This document shows, one piece after another, positions 31,101 through 39,845 of a stretch of 64,000 nucleotides of DNA (positions are counted from its first letter, which is position 1; each line of letters begins with the position of its first letter). Under the pieces are notes generated by a model. The model saw only the letters and a program-made list of their open reading frames with translations. It was not told the origin of the DNA and ran no database searches. The stretch is from Gemmatimonas sp. (lineage in GTDB: Bacteria > Gemmatimonadota > Gemmatimonadetes > Gemmatimonadales > Gemmatimonadaceae). A program made the position numbers and the translations under genes. The DNA lies in contig OZ257156.1 of assembly GCA_965279375.1 (NCBI GenBank), positions 1,056,001-1,120,000 on the forward strand, in the 5' to 3' direction.

Positions 31101-31899
31101 GAATCTGCAGTGGCAGCCGCGTGTGCCGATCAAGGTGCAGGGACGCAACATCGTCGCCAACGTCGCGTTTCAAAATCCACTCGGCGGACTCGATCAGATG
31201 CTGCATGGCGCCGCCAATCTGCGCGGTTGGGGCACACGCGCTGCGCCCGACCCCACGTTGCTCGTGCCGCGTGGCTTCGACGCCAGCACACAGCGCTTCA
31301 GGTACGACGTCAACCCTCGCTTCGGTGACACGCGCGCGTTCCGCACGTTGTCGCGCGAGCCGTTCCGCGTCACCGTCGATTTCTCGATCAACTTCAGCAC
31401 GCCGTACGATGTGCAGCAGTTGCGTCGCGCCATCGAGCCCGTGCGCACGCCGCGCGGCTGGGAGCGACGCACGGTCGACTCGCTCACCGCGTTCTACATG
31501 GACAAGTCGTCGAGCGTGCACCGCGTGCTACTGGCGGAGAGTGATTCGCTCTTCCTCACAAGGGACCAGATCGACAAGCTGGTCACCGCAGATTCAGTCT
31601 TCGGCAATCGCGTTCGCGAGATCTATCGACCGCTCGCCGAGTATCTGGCTACGCTACCCGGTGGTGTGCCGGGCAAGGCCGCGCTCGACAGCGCGAATGC
31701 GGTCGACAAGCGTTACTGGGTCATCTTCTGGGAGCAGGTGGACGTCGTGAGTCCGATCGTCACGGCGCAGCAGCGCGAACTGATGCCCTTCCTCAAGAAC
31801 ATCTTCGCCGTAACCGAGAAGGACCGGAAGAATTCCAAGTGGTACATGGGCTATCCCGTTCCCGCCGTGTACAAGCGTCCGAAGATCGGCTCGAGCTGA
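28183..31899 (+). CDS. TonB-dependent receptor-like protein with N-terminal carboxypeptidase-regulatory-like domain
   Basis: Signal peptide; IRGRVVD...TTDSAGRY; plug-like TFDPTRGGFSG; SPRMGFSY; GDINGDG..ND. Confidence 0.75.
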   Translation: MRFSMRIFTIAVVSCALARPLAAQSAADLIRGRVVDDSSRAVAGASVFITRGPDRLVQQTTTDSAGRYRSQFENGTGDYLVSVSAPGLKAARRRVQRVGTERELIADFILSRDLATLAAVKVTAEKPVRARNSVGKFNTPEPGANEAWSGGVNGQVAPGQAGDINAIAGTVPGVTMTAGGPSIMGAPSSSNLNTLNGMALPGGSLPRAARTETRVTGATFDPTRGGFSGANIDTRLSPGDRDYQQRNAYFTLDAPQLQATDAVGRSLGLLNQSFRGSIGADGELIRKTLTYNIALDLSRSSSDPATLLGGSSDAWQRAGVAPDSVNRLLQLATAARIPTGGGSIPTSRQRDAISWLGRLDDVRDSLRTLTLTTYASRSSEGALGFGPLATPASGGRNEERTMGGQFTHSVYVGPGRWVLMQNKLSASRVTQRSTPYLVLPGATVLVRSASDAAANDVASLTLGGSPWIATDDARWIVEGSNELITNKRGTKHRFKSLLWGRADGLRQSGLPNSLGQYAYNSLADFAANRPASYSRTISQPTRSAESYNGALAIAHQWNKSRWFSMLYGARVEANAFGGTPPVNSALDAALGVRSGVAPTRVHVSPRMGFSYTYSRAKDNGNGMSMNQLGSFQRAVMGFVRGGIGEFRDLYKPSTLADAVAGSGLVGSTLGLSCVGAAVPVPDWNSLAANPGALPTSCVDGTSALAERAPSVTLIDPSFDVPRSWRASLGWASSVGKWTVKVDGLASYDLSQPSTLDANFAGVSRFALSSEGDRAMFVSPAAIDAVSGAVSARESRRSNAFGRVAQRTSDLRGYGGQLTGTIAPDVFKFRSKLQVYTSASYTLQRLQQQFRGFDGATFNDPRAKEWAVGSNEARHAFVLQGGIGIPKVGFFTLFSRIQSGMPFTPLVQGDINGDGRANDRAFVPSLGGTTDPALAAQLRALLAASPGNVRSCLESQLGAVAGRNSCRGAWTQSMNLQWQPRVPIKVQGRNIVANVAFQNPLGGLDQMLHGAANLRGWGTRAAPDPTLLVPRGFDASTQRFRYDVNPRFGDTRAFRTLSREPFRVTVDFSINFSTPYDVQQLRRAIEPVRTPRGWERRTVDSLTAFYMDKSSSVHRVLLAESDSLFLTRDQIDKLVTADSVFGNRVREIYRPLAEYLATLPGGVPGKAALDSANAVDKRYWVIFWEQVDVVSPIVTAQQRELMPFLKNIFAVTEKDRKNSKWYMGYPVPAVYKRPKIGSS

Positions 31900-31936
31900 A
31901 CGCAAGCTGAACCAGACGAGCGACGGATATGGAAAC

Positions 31937-31975
31937 GGACGGGGTCGGTACGAATGTGCCGGCCCCGTTTCTGTT
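31937..31975 (+). terminator. Intrinsic terminator
   Basis: GGACGGGGTCGGTAC-GAAT-GTGCCGGCCCCGTTT followed by CTGTT. Confidence 0.7.
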
Positions 31976-32066
31976 CGTGCGAAGTCGCAGATCGCGCGGT
32001 AGGATATGCTGGTCGCCGATATCGGCCTGTGCAGCACATTCTTCCTTTTGCAATCCGAGATCTCCA

Positions 32067-33110
32067 ATGCCTCCCACGTCTCTTGTACGTGCGCGCGCCA
32101 TCGTTGCCGCTTTCGCATCGATCGCACTCGTTGCAGTCGCGCCAACAACTGCATCGGCGCAGTTCAGCAATCTCTTCTTCTTTGGCGACAGCTTCAGCGA
32201 CAATGGCAACGCCACCGGACTCTCGCTGCTTGCCGGTCTGCCGTCGCCAACGCCGCCACCGTACGCACCGGGACGTTTCTCCAACGACTCCGTCTGGACG
32301 CAGCTCTTTGCCAAGAAGCTTGGCGCGCCCGCTGCGGCAGGTCCCGCGTGGCTGGGGCTCGGCAACAACTATGCGGTAGGTGCTGCGACGACCGGCTTCC
32401 TCGGCGGCTTTGGCTCACCGACCGGCATGAAGTCGCAAGCGGCGCAGTTTGCACAGGACTACACACCGAATCCCACGCCGAACAACGCGCTGTACGTGCT
32501 GTGGGGCGGTGGTAACGACATCATTCAGGCGGTCCAGGGCGGACTCTCGCCATCCGCGCAGTTGGGCGTCGCACAGGACGCCGCGCAGAACATCGTCACC
32601 ATCGCGCAGGGACTCTACCAGTTCTACGGCGCGCGTAACTTCCTCATTCCGTATCTGCCGAATGCAGGCGTCGGTCCTTTGTTCGCCAGCAAGCCAGCCG
32701 ACGCACTCGCCGCAACAAGTCTCACCACGACCTTCAACGCGTTGCTCGCGGCCGGCGTGCAGTCACTCGGCGCCACGCCCGGCGTCAACGCATACGGCTT
32801 GAGCCTCAACAATCTGCTGACGAACGTGCAGATCGACGCGGCGCAGGGTGGACAGCGGTATGGCATCGTCAACACCACAGTACCCTGCTTTCTCCTTCCG
32901 CCTGGCCAGCCGCTCGACTGCAGCAATTCACTCTTCGCGGACGATCGCCATCCCACGGAAACGATGCATCGCCTGATCGCCGACGCTGCCTACGATCGCG
33001 TCGTCAACGGTCGCGACGTGTCGGTCGTTCCGGAGCCTGCGACGGTGCTGTTGGTGGGGACGGGGCTGCTGTTTGCTGGGGTGGTCGCGCGTCGCCGTAG
33101 GAGCGCCTGA
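32067..33110 (+). CDS. SGNH/GDSL hydrolase with PEP-CTERM sorting signal
   Basis: FGDSFSDNGN, GRFSN, NYAVGAA, GGGND, DDRHP; C-terminal VPEPAT, TM segment, RRRR. Confidence 0.92.
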   Translation: MPPTSLVRARAIVAAFASIALVAVAPTTASAQFSNLFFFGDSFSDNGNATGLSLLAGLPSPTPPPYAPGRFSNDSVWTQLFAKKLGAPAAAGPAWLGLGNNYAVGAATTGFLGGFGSPTGMKSQAAQFAQDYTPNPTPNNALYVLWGGGNDIIQAVQGGLSPSAQLGVAQDAAQNIVTIAQGLYQFYGARNFLIPYLPNAGVGPLFASKPADALAATSLTTTFNALLAAGVQSLGATPGVNAYGLSLNNLLTNVQIDAAQGGQRYGIVNTTVPCFLLPPGQPLDCSNSLFADDRHPTETMHRLIADAAYDRVVNGRDVSVVPEPATVLLVGTGLLFAGVVARRRRSA

Positions 33111-33151
33111 GCAGCTCGTCGGGGTGTGCGAACGCACGTGCGACCATCGGG

Positions 33152-33721
33152 CTACGCACACCCCTCGGCCAGCTCCACCGCATCCCGTCTTCCCACACGA
33201 AATCGTGTGACGCGCTTGCCATCGGTCTCGAATAGCACGCGCATCTTCGGATTGGTCGGTGAAGTCACGATGAGATAGTGCCCCGCGGGGCCGTCATACG
33301 GATGCGCGGTCACTTTCACCCGCCCCTTGTAGCGACCGAGCACCTCCGTCTCGCTCGCGCCAACGCCAACTCCTTCGGCGGTCTTCACGTCCTTCGTGTC
33401 GATGTCGGCGCGCACGATCGTGTCACCCTCCACCATGAACGACACACCCTCGGGTGCCGTGGAGAGGTAGCTCTGCCCGCACGATTCATCGGGCTCGATG
33501 CGCTCGGTGCGTGCGGTCGCCTTGAGCAAGCGCGCGGTGGCGCCTACACGCATACCGATGCGCACGGGCCCCACGCCGTCAGGTCGTGCGATCCACAGCG
33601 ACGCACTCGATGTCGCTTCCGTTTCGGTGGGCGCGGGTGATTGAATCGGCAGCTGCACGAATGCGCTGACGCACGCCATCACCGACAGCGTGCGCCAACG
33701 ACCTCGAACGACTATCGCCAT
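33152..33721 (-). CDS. Hypothetical secreted protein
   Basis: 189-aa ORF with DGVGPVRIGM and terminal EGCA; fills the gap between confident genes. Confidence 0.7.
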   Translation of the reverse strand: MAIVVRGRWRTLSVMACVSAFVQLPIQSPAPTETEATSSASLWIARPDGVGPVRIGMRVGATARLLKATARTERIEPDESCGQSYLSTAPEGVSFMVEGDTIVRADIDTKDVKTAEGVGVGASETEVLGRYKGRVKVTAHPYDGPAGHYLIVTSPTNPKMRVLFETDGKRVTRFRVGRRDAVELAEGCA

Positions 33722-33739
33722 GCATGCTCCAACGAATGG

Positions 33740-34609
33740 TTAGGCAGCCACCGCCACCGTCAGCGCCGCCGTGTAGCCGGCCGTCACCGATCCCGACATC
33801 GTTGCCAGCTCGAGTGCAGAACCGTCGCTGAACACGTTGTCGGTCGCGAGCGATACACCCGCGAGGTTGCGAATACTGTTCTCGTAGCCCGTGGTCGCAT
33901 ACACCAGATCGCACGCGGCCTTCGGCAACGCAATCTGCGACGTCGCCACCTTGTTGGCCACATTCGTTGCTGCCGCGAGGCTCTGGAACACTTCGAAGTG
34001 GATGTGCGGCCAACGACCCGAGTAGCACGCCGGGAAGATCGATGTGAACGAGACCTTGCCGTTCGCGTCGGTTGCTGCCACGCCACGCAGATAGTTCTGA
34101 TTCGTCGCACCCGCTGAGTAGAGCGAGTACAGCCCCGCGCGATCGCAGTGCCAGATGTACACCGCACGATTGGCGAGCACCGCGCACGTCGATGAGTTCA
34201 CCAGCGTCAGCTCGATCGTGAGTGGAATGCCCGCCGCCGTTCCGCTCAAGCCGGCAAAGCTGGTGCGGATGTCATTGCGCACCACGCCCGTCTGATTGAG
34301 CACGTTCGCACCGTTCGAGCCATCGCCCGGATACGGTCCAGCCGTCTCCTCGGGGATCTTGCTGCACGTCGCGCTGCCGGGACTCGTTCCTGTGTCGGTC
34401 GTATCGCCTGTCGAGCCCGTGATCGAGTCGGAGCCGCTGCTGCATCCGAGTAGCTGCAGCGCACCAAATCCAAAGCCAACACCGGCCGCCGCGCGCAGCA
34501 TCATGCGACGGTCTACAACGCGACCGGTCGAAATGAGATCGCGGTGAAGACCACCGAAGTCGTCGTGGTCATCATCGTGATGTGCGTCGTGATGCGAGCG
34601 GTTGGACAT
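33740..34609 (-). CDS. Intradiol ring-cleavage dioxygenase-like Tat lipoprotein
   Basis: DRR twin-arginine, LLGC lipobox, ETAGPYP, VYIWHCD..G.YS, CY.GRWPHIH. Confidence 0.88.
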   Translation of the reverse strand: MSNRSHHDAHHDDDHDDFGGLHRDLISTGRVVDRRMMLRAAAGVGFGFGALQLLGCSSGSDSITGSTGDTTDTGTSPGSATCSKIPEETAGPYPGDGSNGANVLNQTGVVRNDIRTSFAGLSGTAAGIPLTIELTLVNSSTCAVLANRAVYIWHCDRAGLYSLYSAGATNQNYLRGVAATDANGKVSFTSIFPACYSGRWPHIHFEVFQSLAAATNVANKVATSQIALPKAACDLVYATTGYENSIRNLAGVSLATDNVFSDGSALELATMSGSVTAGYTAALTVAVAA

Positions 34610-34785
34610 GCGGACCTCTCCTCGGGAATCAATCGGTAAGGAACATGTCGCACCTCACGATGCGGCAGTCTTCAATACCAAGAACCCGCCCGTCCCAAAC
34701 CACCCTACGTCTTGATGACCGATCATACACGTATGGCAACGGCACTCACGACTCGACAGACTTTGGAGAGCTGCGTGAGATCGCA

Positions 34786-34922
34786 AACTGCAGGGGAACT
34801 GCCGATAACAGGGATAAGGAACGACGGAAAACGCGGATACCACAACAGCAAATGATTGCTGTTCGCAGTATCCGCGTTTTCTGTTGCAGGTAATCCCTGT
34901 TATCGGCAGTTCCAATGCAGTT
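34786..34922. repeat. Long nested inverted repeat (~137 nt)
   Basis: Perfect 21-bp arm 34795-34815/34893-34913; 19-bp arm 34822-34840/34868-34886; 8-bp arm 34844-34851/34856-34863; outer AACTGCA/TGCAGTT. Confidence 0.9.
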
Positions 34923-34960
34923 GCAGTTAACGCCCTCGCAACCACATCAATCCCCGCCAA

Positions 34961-34995
34961 GCACTCAGCGATGTCAGCACAACACCGCTGAGTGC
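34961..34995 (-). terminator. Hairpin just downstream of ahcY
   Basis: GCACTCAGCG...CGCTGAGTGC perfect 10-bp stem about 10 nt after the stop; weak U-tract. Confidence 0.55.
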
Positions 34996-35004
34996 CGCCG
35001 AGCA

Positions 35005-36495
35005 CTAGTACCGGTAGTGATCCGGCTTGAACGGTCCCATCGCATTCACGCCGAGGTACGACGCCTGCTCGGTGTTCAACACGGTAAGCTTCACGCCGAG
35101 CTTGTCGAGGTGCAAACGCGCCACCTTCTCGTCGAGATGCTTGGGCAGCGTGAACACCTTCTTGCCGTACTTCTCCGCGTTCGCGTGCAGCTCGAGCTGC
35201 GCCAACACCTGATTGGTGAAGCTCGCGCTCATCACGAAGCTCGGGTGACCCGTCGCGCAGCCGAGGTTCATCAGGCGGCCTTCGGCCAGAATGAGAATCG
35301 AGCGGCCGTTCGGCAGCACAAACTCGTCATACTGCGGCTTGATGTTGATGCGCTTCATGCCTTCGACCTTCTTGAGACCGGCCATGTCGATCTCGTTGTC
35401 GAAGTGGCCGATGTTCGCCACGATCGCCTTGTCCTTCATGCGGCTCATGTGCTCGACGGTGATGACGTTCTTGTTGCCCGTCGCCGAGATGAAGATGTCC
35501 GCCGTATCGACGATGTCTTCGAGCGTCGTCACCTGATAGCCTTCGAGTGCGGCCTGTAGCGCGCAGATCGGATCGATTTCGGTGATGACCACGCGCGCGC
35601 CCTGACCCTTGAGCGCCTGCGCGCAACCCTTGCCCACGTCGCCGTAGCCCATCACCACCGCGATCTTGCCGGCGAGCATCACGTCCGTCGCGCGGTTGAG
35701 ACCATCGATGATGCTGTGACGGCAGCCGTACAAGTTGTCGAACTTCGACTTCGTCACGGCGTCGTTCACGTTGATCGCCGGGAACGCCAACGTGCCCGCG
35801 CGCTCCATCTCATAGAGGCGATGCACACCCGTCGTCGTCTCTTCCGACACACCGCGAATGCCCGCGAGCACCTTCGTCCAGCGGCCTGGGTTCTTCGCCT
35901 GCTCCGCGCGCAGCAGATCGAGAATCACGCCCCACTCTTCCGGCTCGTTGTCCGCGTCGAACGACGGAATCGCGCCGCTCTTCTCGTACTCCGCGCCACG
36001 ATGCACCAGCAACGTCGCGTCGCCACCGTCATCCAGCAGCAGATTCGGTCCGCCGCCGTCCGACCACATCAGCGCCTGCTCCGTGCACCACCAGTATTCC
36101 TCGAGCGTCTCGCCCTTCCACGCAAACACCGGCGTGCCCTTCGGCGCGTCAGGCGTTCCCGTCGGTCCAACGGCCACCGCGGCCGCCGCATGATCCTGCG
36201 TGCTGAAGATGTTGCACGACACCCAGCGCACATCGGCGCCGAGCGACACGAGCGTCTCGATGAGCACTGCCGTCTGCACCGTCATGTGCAATGAGCCCAT
36301 GATGCGCGCGCCCTTGAGCGGATGCTTGCCCGCGTACTCCGCGCGCAGCGCCATCAGCCCCGGCATCTCGAACTCAGCGAGACGAATCTCCTTGCGGCCC
36401 CACTCGGCCAGCGAAAGATCCTTTACTGCGAACGCCGGACGATCCAGCGCGGTGAGCGCGAACACGCCGTTCTCTGTCATCACTGCTGTTGCCAT
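35005..36495 (-). CDS. ahcY: Adenosylhomocysteinase
   Basis: [66 protein letters not shown]. Confidence 0.98.
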   Translation of the reverse strand: MATAVMTENGVFALTALDRPAFAVKDLSLAEWGRKEIRLAEFEMPGLMALRAEYAGKHPLKGARIMGSLHMTVQTAVLIETLVSLGADVRWVSCNIFSTQDHAAAAVAVGPTGTPDAPKGTPVFAWKGETLEEYWWCTEQALMWSDGGGPNLLLDDGGDATLLVHRGAEYEKSGAIPSFDADNEPEEWGVILDLLRAEQAKNPGRWTKVLAGIRGVSEETTTGVHRLYEMERAGTLAFPAINVNDAVTKSKFDNLYGCRHSIIDGLNRATDVMLAGKIAVVMGYGDVGKGCAQALKGQGARVVITEIDPICALQAALEGYQVTTLEDIVDTADIFISATGNKNVITVEHMSRMKDKAIVANIGHFDNEIDMAGLKKVEGMKRINIKPQYDEFVLPNGRSILILAEGRLMNLGCATGHPSFVMSASFTNQVLAQLELHANAEKYGKKVFTLPKHLDEKVARLHLDKLGVKLTVLNTEQASYLGVNAMGPFKPDHYRY

Positions 36496-36517
36496 TGTGT
36501 GCTGTCCTCAAAAGGGG

Positions 36518-37522
36518 CTATCGGGAGATGTGCAAACGAACGGCCGCTGACGCATCGACAGCACGCGCCGTGGCGGTAAACAGCGCTGGTCCGGTGGCCT
36601 CTGTGTCCACCGGCAGCGGTACGTAGCGCACACCGGCAAAGCCGGCGGCGTCCAGCCACGTCGTGATGGCATCGGCGTCGAAGCCGAGCCAGACGTGTCC
36701 CATCTGTTGGCGATACTCCTCGTGCGCATGCGCGCGCATGTCCGCAATCAGCAGACGACCGTTAGGCCGCAACACACGACGCACTTCCGCCAGCGCACGC
36801 GCCGGCTCGGCCACGTGATGGAGGACGAGCAACAGCACCGCCACGTCAAGCGAGGCGTCGGGAAGCGGTAGCGCTTCCAGCACGCCCTCCGACAACGTGA
36901 CATTCTCGACACCCAGCAATCGCGAGCGCGCCGCCGAAAGCATCGCCGGCGAGCCATCGATGGCGTGGACATGCGCCACATGTGGAGCCAACGCCGCCGT
37001 CAGCGTTCCGGTGCCGCACCCGAGATCGCCGATCACCAACGAGTCGTCGAGCAGCGCGAGTGCTGCCGTCAGGTCCGCTCGCGCGCCGAACATCGTCGTG
37101 CGCAGCGCATCCCACTCGGCGCTCGCCGTGGCAAAGAACTCCTCGCTCCGCGACCGGCGCGCCGTGAGGACCGCATCCACCCGCGCGACATCCTGCGCCG
37201 CCGCCGGCGTCGCTGCCATCGGCGAACGCACCAGCGCCCACAGCGCGCGCGCCTCCTCGTCCAACGTCGGCGAGCAGCGATACCACCGGCTGGCCCCTTC
37301 GGCCCGCGAGGTCACCCACCCCTCGTCGGCCAGGATGCGCAGATGCCGACTGATCGTGCTCTGCGGCAACTGCAAGGCCGCACACAGCTCGCCCACTGTC
37401 AGCTCCTGGCGCTCGAGGACGAGCAGGAGCCGACAGCGAGTGGTGTCCGCCAGCTCGTTGAGCCGGTCGTGGATGGCGTGTCGAGGAGAAGTCAGCGTCA
37501 GATCCGAAGAGTATCCGTTTAT
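36518..37522 (-). CDS. sahR: SahR-type regulator (ArsR HTH fused to class I SAM-methyltransferase-like domain); start uncertain
   Basis: ELTVGELC..LQLPQSTISRHLRIL, DLGCGTG, HVWLGF; directly upstream of ahcY. The only canonical in-frame start is GTG 37609; ATA 37522 and CTG 37501 are alternatives. Confidence 0.85.
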   Translation of the reverse strand: MNGYSSDLTLTSPRHAIHDRLNELADTTRCRLLLVLERQELTVGELCAALQLPQSTISRHLRILADEGWVTSRAEGASRWYRCSPTLDEEARALWALVRSPMAATPAAAQDVARVDAVLTARRSRSEEFFATASAEWDALRTTMFGARADLTAALALLDDSLVIGDLGCGTGTLTAALAPHVAHVHAIDGSPAMLSAARSRLLGVENVTLSEGVLEALPLPDASLDVAVLLLVLHHVAEPARALAEVRRVLRPNGRLLIADMRAHAHEEYRQQMGHVWLGFDADAITTWLDAAGFAGVRYVPLPVDTEATGPALFTATARAVDASAAVRLHISR

Positions 37523-37537
37523 CCGGATTAATGGATA
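37512..37537. promoter_or_regulatory. Candidate SahR operator
   Basis: TATCCGTTTATCCGGATTAATGGATA: near-palindrome containing two overlapping ATCC-N8-GGAT units. Confidence 0.65.
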
Positions 37538-37692
37538 ATCGACTGTTCGGACGAGTTCAACTCCCGCACGAGGTGCGATTTGGGCGGCCCGAGGGCCACC
37601 CGCCGCCACCGACGTCGCGCCCTAACTCCGCACCTTCGTGTCGGACAGGCCCCGACGCACGGCCTCGTCATTGCAGCTATGGTAGCGATACC

Positions 37693-39012
37693 ATGCTGAA
37701 TCTCCCCTTCGCTCTCGATCTGATCGTCGCCGCCCTCGTTGGGCTGGCGCTGGGGATCGAACGCGAATGGACCGGGCACACCGACGGACCCGACGCCCGA
37801 TTCGCGGGCATCCGGACCTTCGCCATGCTGGGCGTGCTCGGCGGGTTCGCCGGCTGGTTCTACCGCGAGGGGGCGACGGGCATCGCGGTCGGCATGCTCG
37901 CGGCCACCATGCTCTTCCCCATCGCGGCGTACGCCTCCGCGATGCGGCGCCCCGGCACCACCACCGATGGCACCACCGAGGTGGCCGCGCTCATCGTGGC
38001 GGCCCTTGGCTTCACTGCCGGCTTCGGCCAGCGCACCGTGGCCAGCGCGGTGGCGGTCGTTGTCATCGTGCTCCTCGCCGAAAAGTCGGCGCTGCAACGG
38101 GCGCTCAAGCGGGCCGACGAGGTGGAGCTCAAGGCCGCAGTGCAGTTCGCGGTGCTCGCGCTGATTGTCCTGCCGCTGCTCCCTGACGGCGCCTACGGCC
38201 CCTACGACGCCATCCGACCGCGCGCGCTGTGGACCGTGGTGCTGCTCTTCTCCGCGCTCAACTTCGGCGGCTACCTGGCGAGACGCATCATCGGCGAAAC
38301 GCGCGGGCTGGCGTTTACCGGGTTGCTGGGCGGACTCGTCTCCTCCACAGCGGTCACCCTCAACTTCAGCCGCCGCAGTCGTACCAACGCCGAGCTATCC
38401 GCGCCGCTCGCGCTGGGCGTCATCGCCGCCTGCACCGTGCTCCTGCCGCGGATCGCACTGGTTTGCACGGTCCTCCGCCCTGACCTCGGAGCGGCTGTCC
38501 TGCCGGTACTGGCGATGCCATTCGCCGTGGGCGTCGCAATCATCGCGCAGGCGCTCTGGCGAGCGCGACACGCCGCGGCACAGACGGCGACAGATCACTC
38601 GCAAGCGGAAAGCGCCGACCCGCTCAGCCCGGCCGACGCGTCGCCGCGCGCAAAGACCAACCCACTGGGGCTGGCATCGGCACTGCAGATGGCACTGGCC
38701 TTTCAGCTGGTTCTGTTCGTGATTGCCTTCATGCAGGAACGCATTGGAAATGCCGGCGTACTCGCGACCGCCTCGTTGCTCGGCCTCACCGATATGGATG
38801 CGCTCACCGTCTCTATGACACGCCTTGCGGCGGATCCGGCGCAAACCGATCTCGCTGCGCGCGCCATCGGGATCGGAGTGCTCTCCAACACCGCACTCAA
38901 GGCGGGCTTGGCGCTCTCGATCGGCGCCAGCGCCTTTCGCGCACGCGTCGCCGCGGGACTCGGACTGCTCGCACTGGCGAGCGGCATCGGTCTCTGGCTG
39001 GTGTGGTCATGA
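37693..39012 (+). CDS. MgtC/SapB-family membrane protein with DUF4010
   Basis: GLALGIERE, AGIRTF, TTEVAAL, GGLVSSTAVT, GLTDMDA. Confidence 0.88.
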   Translation: MLNLPFALDLIVAALVGLALGIEREWTGHTDGPDARFAGIRTFAMLGVLGGFAGWFYREGATGIAVGMLAATMLFPIAAYASAMRRPGTTTDGTTEVAALIVAALGFTAGFGQRTVASAVAVVVIVLLAEKSALQRALKRADEVELKAAVQFAVLALIVLPLLPDGAYGPYDAIRPRALWTVVLLFSALNFGGYLARRIIGETRGLAFTGLLGGLVSSTAVTLNFSRRSRTNAELSAPLALGVIAACTVLLPRIALVCTVLRPDLGAAVLPVLAMPFAVGVAIIAQALWRARHAAAQTATDHSQAESADPLSPADASPRAKTNPLGLASALQMALAFQLVLFVIAFMQERIGNAGVLATASLLGLTDMDALTVSMTRLAADPAQTDLAARAIGIGVLSNTALKAGLALSIGASAFRARVAAGLGLLALASGIGLWLVWS

Positions 39013-39836
39013 CAGTTCCAGTCACGAGCAGTGCGCCATCATCACGCAGCGTCGCGATCGTATCCGCGATCGGCCGCGCCGTGCGCGAGTCGATCACCAG
39101 CATTGGCACGGGATCGCGCTTCATCCTCGATGTGCTGCGCGCCTCGCGCGACACAGCCAGCTGGATGCCGCAGTTCACGTTGCATGCGCGCACCCTCGGC
39201 GTGGGCTCGCTCCCCATCGGCATCTTCATCGCGATCTTCACCGGCATCGTGCTGGCGTTGCTGGCCAGCTACTCCGTGGGCGACATCGTGCCGCCGTATT
39301 TCGTCGGCACGCTGGTGCAAAAGACGGTCACGCTCGAACTCGCGCCGGTGCTCACCGGACTCGCACTCGCTGGTCGTGTCGGTGCCAACATCGCCGCGGA
39401 GCTGGGCACGATGCGGGTGACGGAGCAGATCGATGCGTTGGAGACGCTCACCTTCGATCCGATGAGCTACCTCGTCGTGCCGCGTGTGTTGGCATCGGCA
39501 CTGATGTTTCCGATGGTCGTGGGCGTGGCGATGCTGGTTGGTGTGACGTCGGGATGGCTCGCGGCGATCGGGTTGCTCGATGTGACGACGCCGCAGTTTC
39601 TCAAGGGCGTGCGCATCTTCTTCGTGGACTTCGACGTGCGCTATGGACTGGTGAAGGCGGCGAGCTTCGGTGCAGCGGTAGCGCTGATTGGTTGCCGCGC
39701 CGGCCTCACCACCGAAGGCGGTGCGCAGGGCGTGGGACGCAATGCCACGCGCGCGGTCGTGATTTCCGCCGTGATGATTCTCGTACTCGACGCCTTCTGG
39801 GCCGTGGTCTGGCTCACCGGCCGTACTCTTCGCTAG
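39009..39836 (+). CDS. mlaE: MlaE-family ABC permease
   Basis: ELAPVLTGL.LAGRVGA.IAAELGTMRVTEQIDALE, GGAQGVG..T.AVV; ATGA overlap with the upstream gene. Confidence 0.92.
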   Translation: MTVPVTSSAPSSRSVAIVSAIGRAVRESITSIGTGSRFILDVLRASRDTASWMPQFTLHARTLGVGSLPIGIFIAIFTGIVLALLASYSVGDIVPPYFVGTLVQKTVTLELAPVLTGLALAGRVGANIAAELGTMRVTEQIDALETLTFDPMSYLVVPRVLASALMFPMVVGVAMLVGVTSGWLAAIGLLDVTTPQFLKGVRIFFVDFDVRYGLVKAASFGAAVALIGCRAGLTTEGGAQGVGRNATRAVVISAVMILVLDAFWAVVWLTGRTLR

Positions 39837-39845
39837 CCTTCACAC

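Noticed and set aside
34801..34808. GCCGATAA, a perfect sigma-28 -10 element
   Set aside because: No TAAA at the correct spacing, lies inside the hairpin arm, and no plus-strand gene follows
34655..35005. 116-aa minus ORF across the hairpin region
   Set aside because: No recognisable motif or RBS; crosses a terminator-like hairpin and the long palindrome
36496..36517. SAH riboswitch upstream of ahcY
   Set aside because: Only 22 nt separate ahcY from sahR; regulation is better explained by the SahR operator
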